DNA from: Styela clava
Taxonomy: Eukaryota
DNA: 64,000 bases
NCBI RefSeq assembly: GCF_964204865.1
Contig: NC_135250.1
Span: 27,714,001-27,778,000 of the forward strand
Direction of reading: 5' to 3'
Shown: piece after piece, positions 62,915-64,000 of the stretch
Layout: each line of letters opens with the position of its first letter
Position numbering within the stretch: the stretch's first letter is position 1
The notes under the pieces: model-generated
The model's input: the letters and a program-made list of their open reading frames with translations, nothing else
Databases searched by the model: none
What the model was told of the DNA's origin: nothing
Made by a program: the position numbers and the translations under genes

Positions 62915-63770
62915 AGCAAGATGGAAAATACCAATGGTAATTTAGGTGTCTTGATGATGATAGTCATTTTTCATCGACATATGGGCGCTGTTTTAGCGCT
63001 GATTTAAAGCAACGTGCGAAATATCAATGATATTTTTGGGGTGACTTGATGATGATAAACCATTCTCCACTGACATATGGGCACTGGTTAATCGCTGATT
63101 CAAAGCAAGGTGGGAAATACTGGTGCTAAATCAGGTGTCTTGATAATGATAAGTCATTTTCCACTGACATATGGGCGCTGGTTGATCGCGCCTCCGTCGT
63201 ATTTGTACGTAATTTGTAGGCATTTTCACTAGAACACAAATTTTATTAGAACAATTTTTACAATTTTTATTAGAACATTTATTAATAAATCAAAATTTGG
63301 TGTGGATTGAACATGATACGGCAATGCTATCGTCATATGATTTTTTCGCTATTTAATAGCAACAAGGATGCAGTTTAATAAAGGGGAACAACAACATCGT
63401 ATTTTTATATCACAGCAGCTCGCTGCGTATTCTAAGCAAGATGGGAAATACCAATGATAATTAGGTTGACTTAATGGTGATAAATCATTTTCCACTGACA
63501 TATGGGGGCTGATTCGAAGCGAGGTTGGAAATATCAAAGGTATTTTGGGTGACTTAATGACGATAAAACATTTAAAACTGTCATATGGACGCTGATTCGA
63601 AGCAAGGTGGAAAATATCTATGGTATTTTTGGGTGTCTTGATGTCTGATAAAGCATTTTCCACTGACATATGGGCGTTGATTCGAAGCAAGGTGGAAAAT
63701 AACAATGGTATTTTTGTGTGACTTATTGATGATAAAACATTTTCAACTGACATATGGGCGCCTGTTGATC
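62915..63770 (+). repeat. Minisatellite of ~83-95-bp units upstream of copy F
   Basis: Unit gcaaggtgggaaata.caatggta.tttgggtg.cttgatgatgataaa.cattttccactgacatatgggcgctgattcgaa. Paralogous arrays at about 28810-29300 (upstream of C) and 44115-44740 (upstream of E). Confidence 0.85.
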
Positions 63771-64000
63771 GCTTCATCGCCGTATTTGTAGGCATTTTTA
63801 CTTCATTTTTTACTTTCAGTTTTCATTTTCATCACATCACATATTCTTCAATAAAATACGATAATCACAAAAGAGCTTCACCCACAAACAGTTCAAATTC
63901 GAATATTTGTTAACCAGCCATTATATGATTAATCACTCACTGGAGCAAATATGATGAATCATGATGTTTATTCACTTTGTGATTATAACATATTTCTGCG

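Noticed and set aside
29126-63795. ORFs 29126-, 29199+, 44402- and 63349-
   Set aside because: These are translations of the minisatellite, whose units change frame.

Overview
This is AT-rich, intron-containing eukaryotic DNA. A tunicate/ascidian (Styela-like) origin is inferred from gene content and cannot be proven from this window. The supplied ORF track shows only one complete gene: a single-exon Cas-family adaptor (BCAR1/p130Cas/NEDD9-like) at 7502-9913 (-). Splicing the minus strand by hand reveals a hidden cluster from about 19 to 64 kb made of two interleaved, co-duplicated multi-exon gene families. Family 1 has six copies (5 intact, 1 pseudogene) of a tiny 3-exon gene encoding a 66-84 aa prepropeptide. 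Each has a signal peptide, a Trp-initiated and usually cationic Arg/Lys/Trp/Tyr-rich hypervariable core, and an anionic tail of the form G/S-D-x-x-D-E-D-L-x-D/E-F-x-F-E. That layout resembles styelin/clavanin-type tunicate host-defence peptides, but I do not recognise the cores. Family 2 has two intact 6-exon type I membrane receptor genes, plus a truncated pseudogene and an orphan exon. They share a closely similar CUB-like ectodomain but have unrelated stalk/TM/tail exons with different tyrosine motifs, which looks like a paired-receptor arrangement. The rest is MITEs (hAT, MULE/Merlin, Tc1), a LINE 3' end, SINE- and Helentron-like repeats, minisatellites and segmental duplications. All gene models were read by eye with GT-AG sites and phases checked; all functions are inferred.
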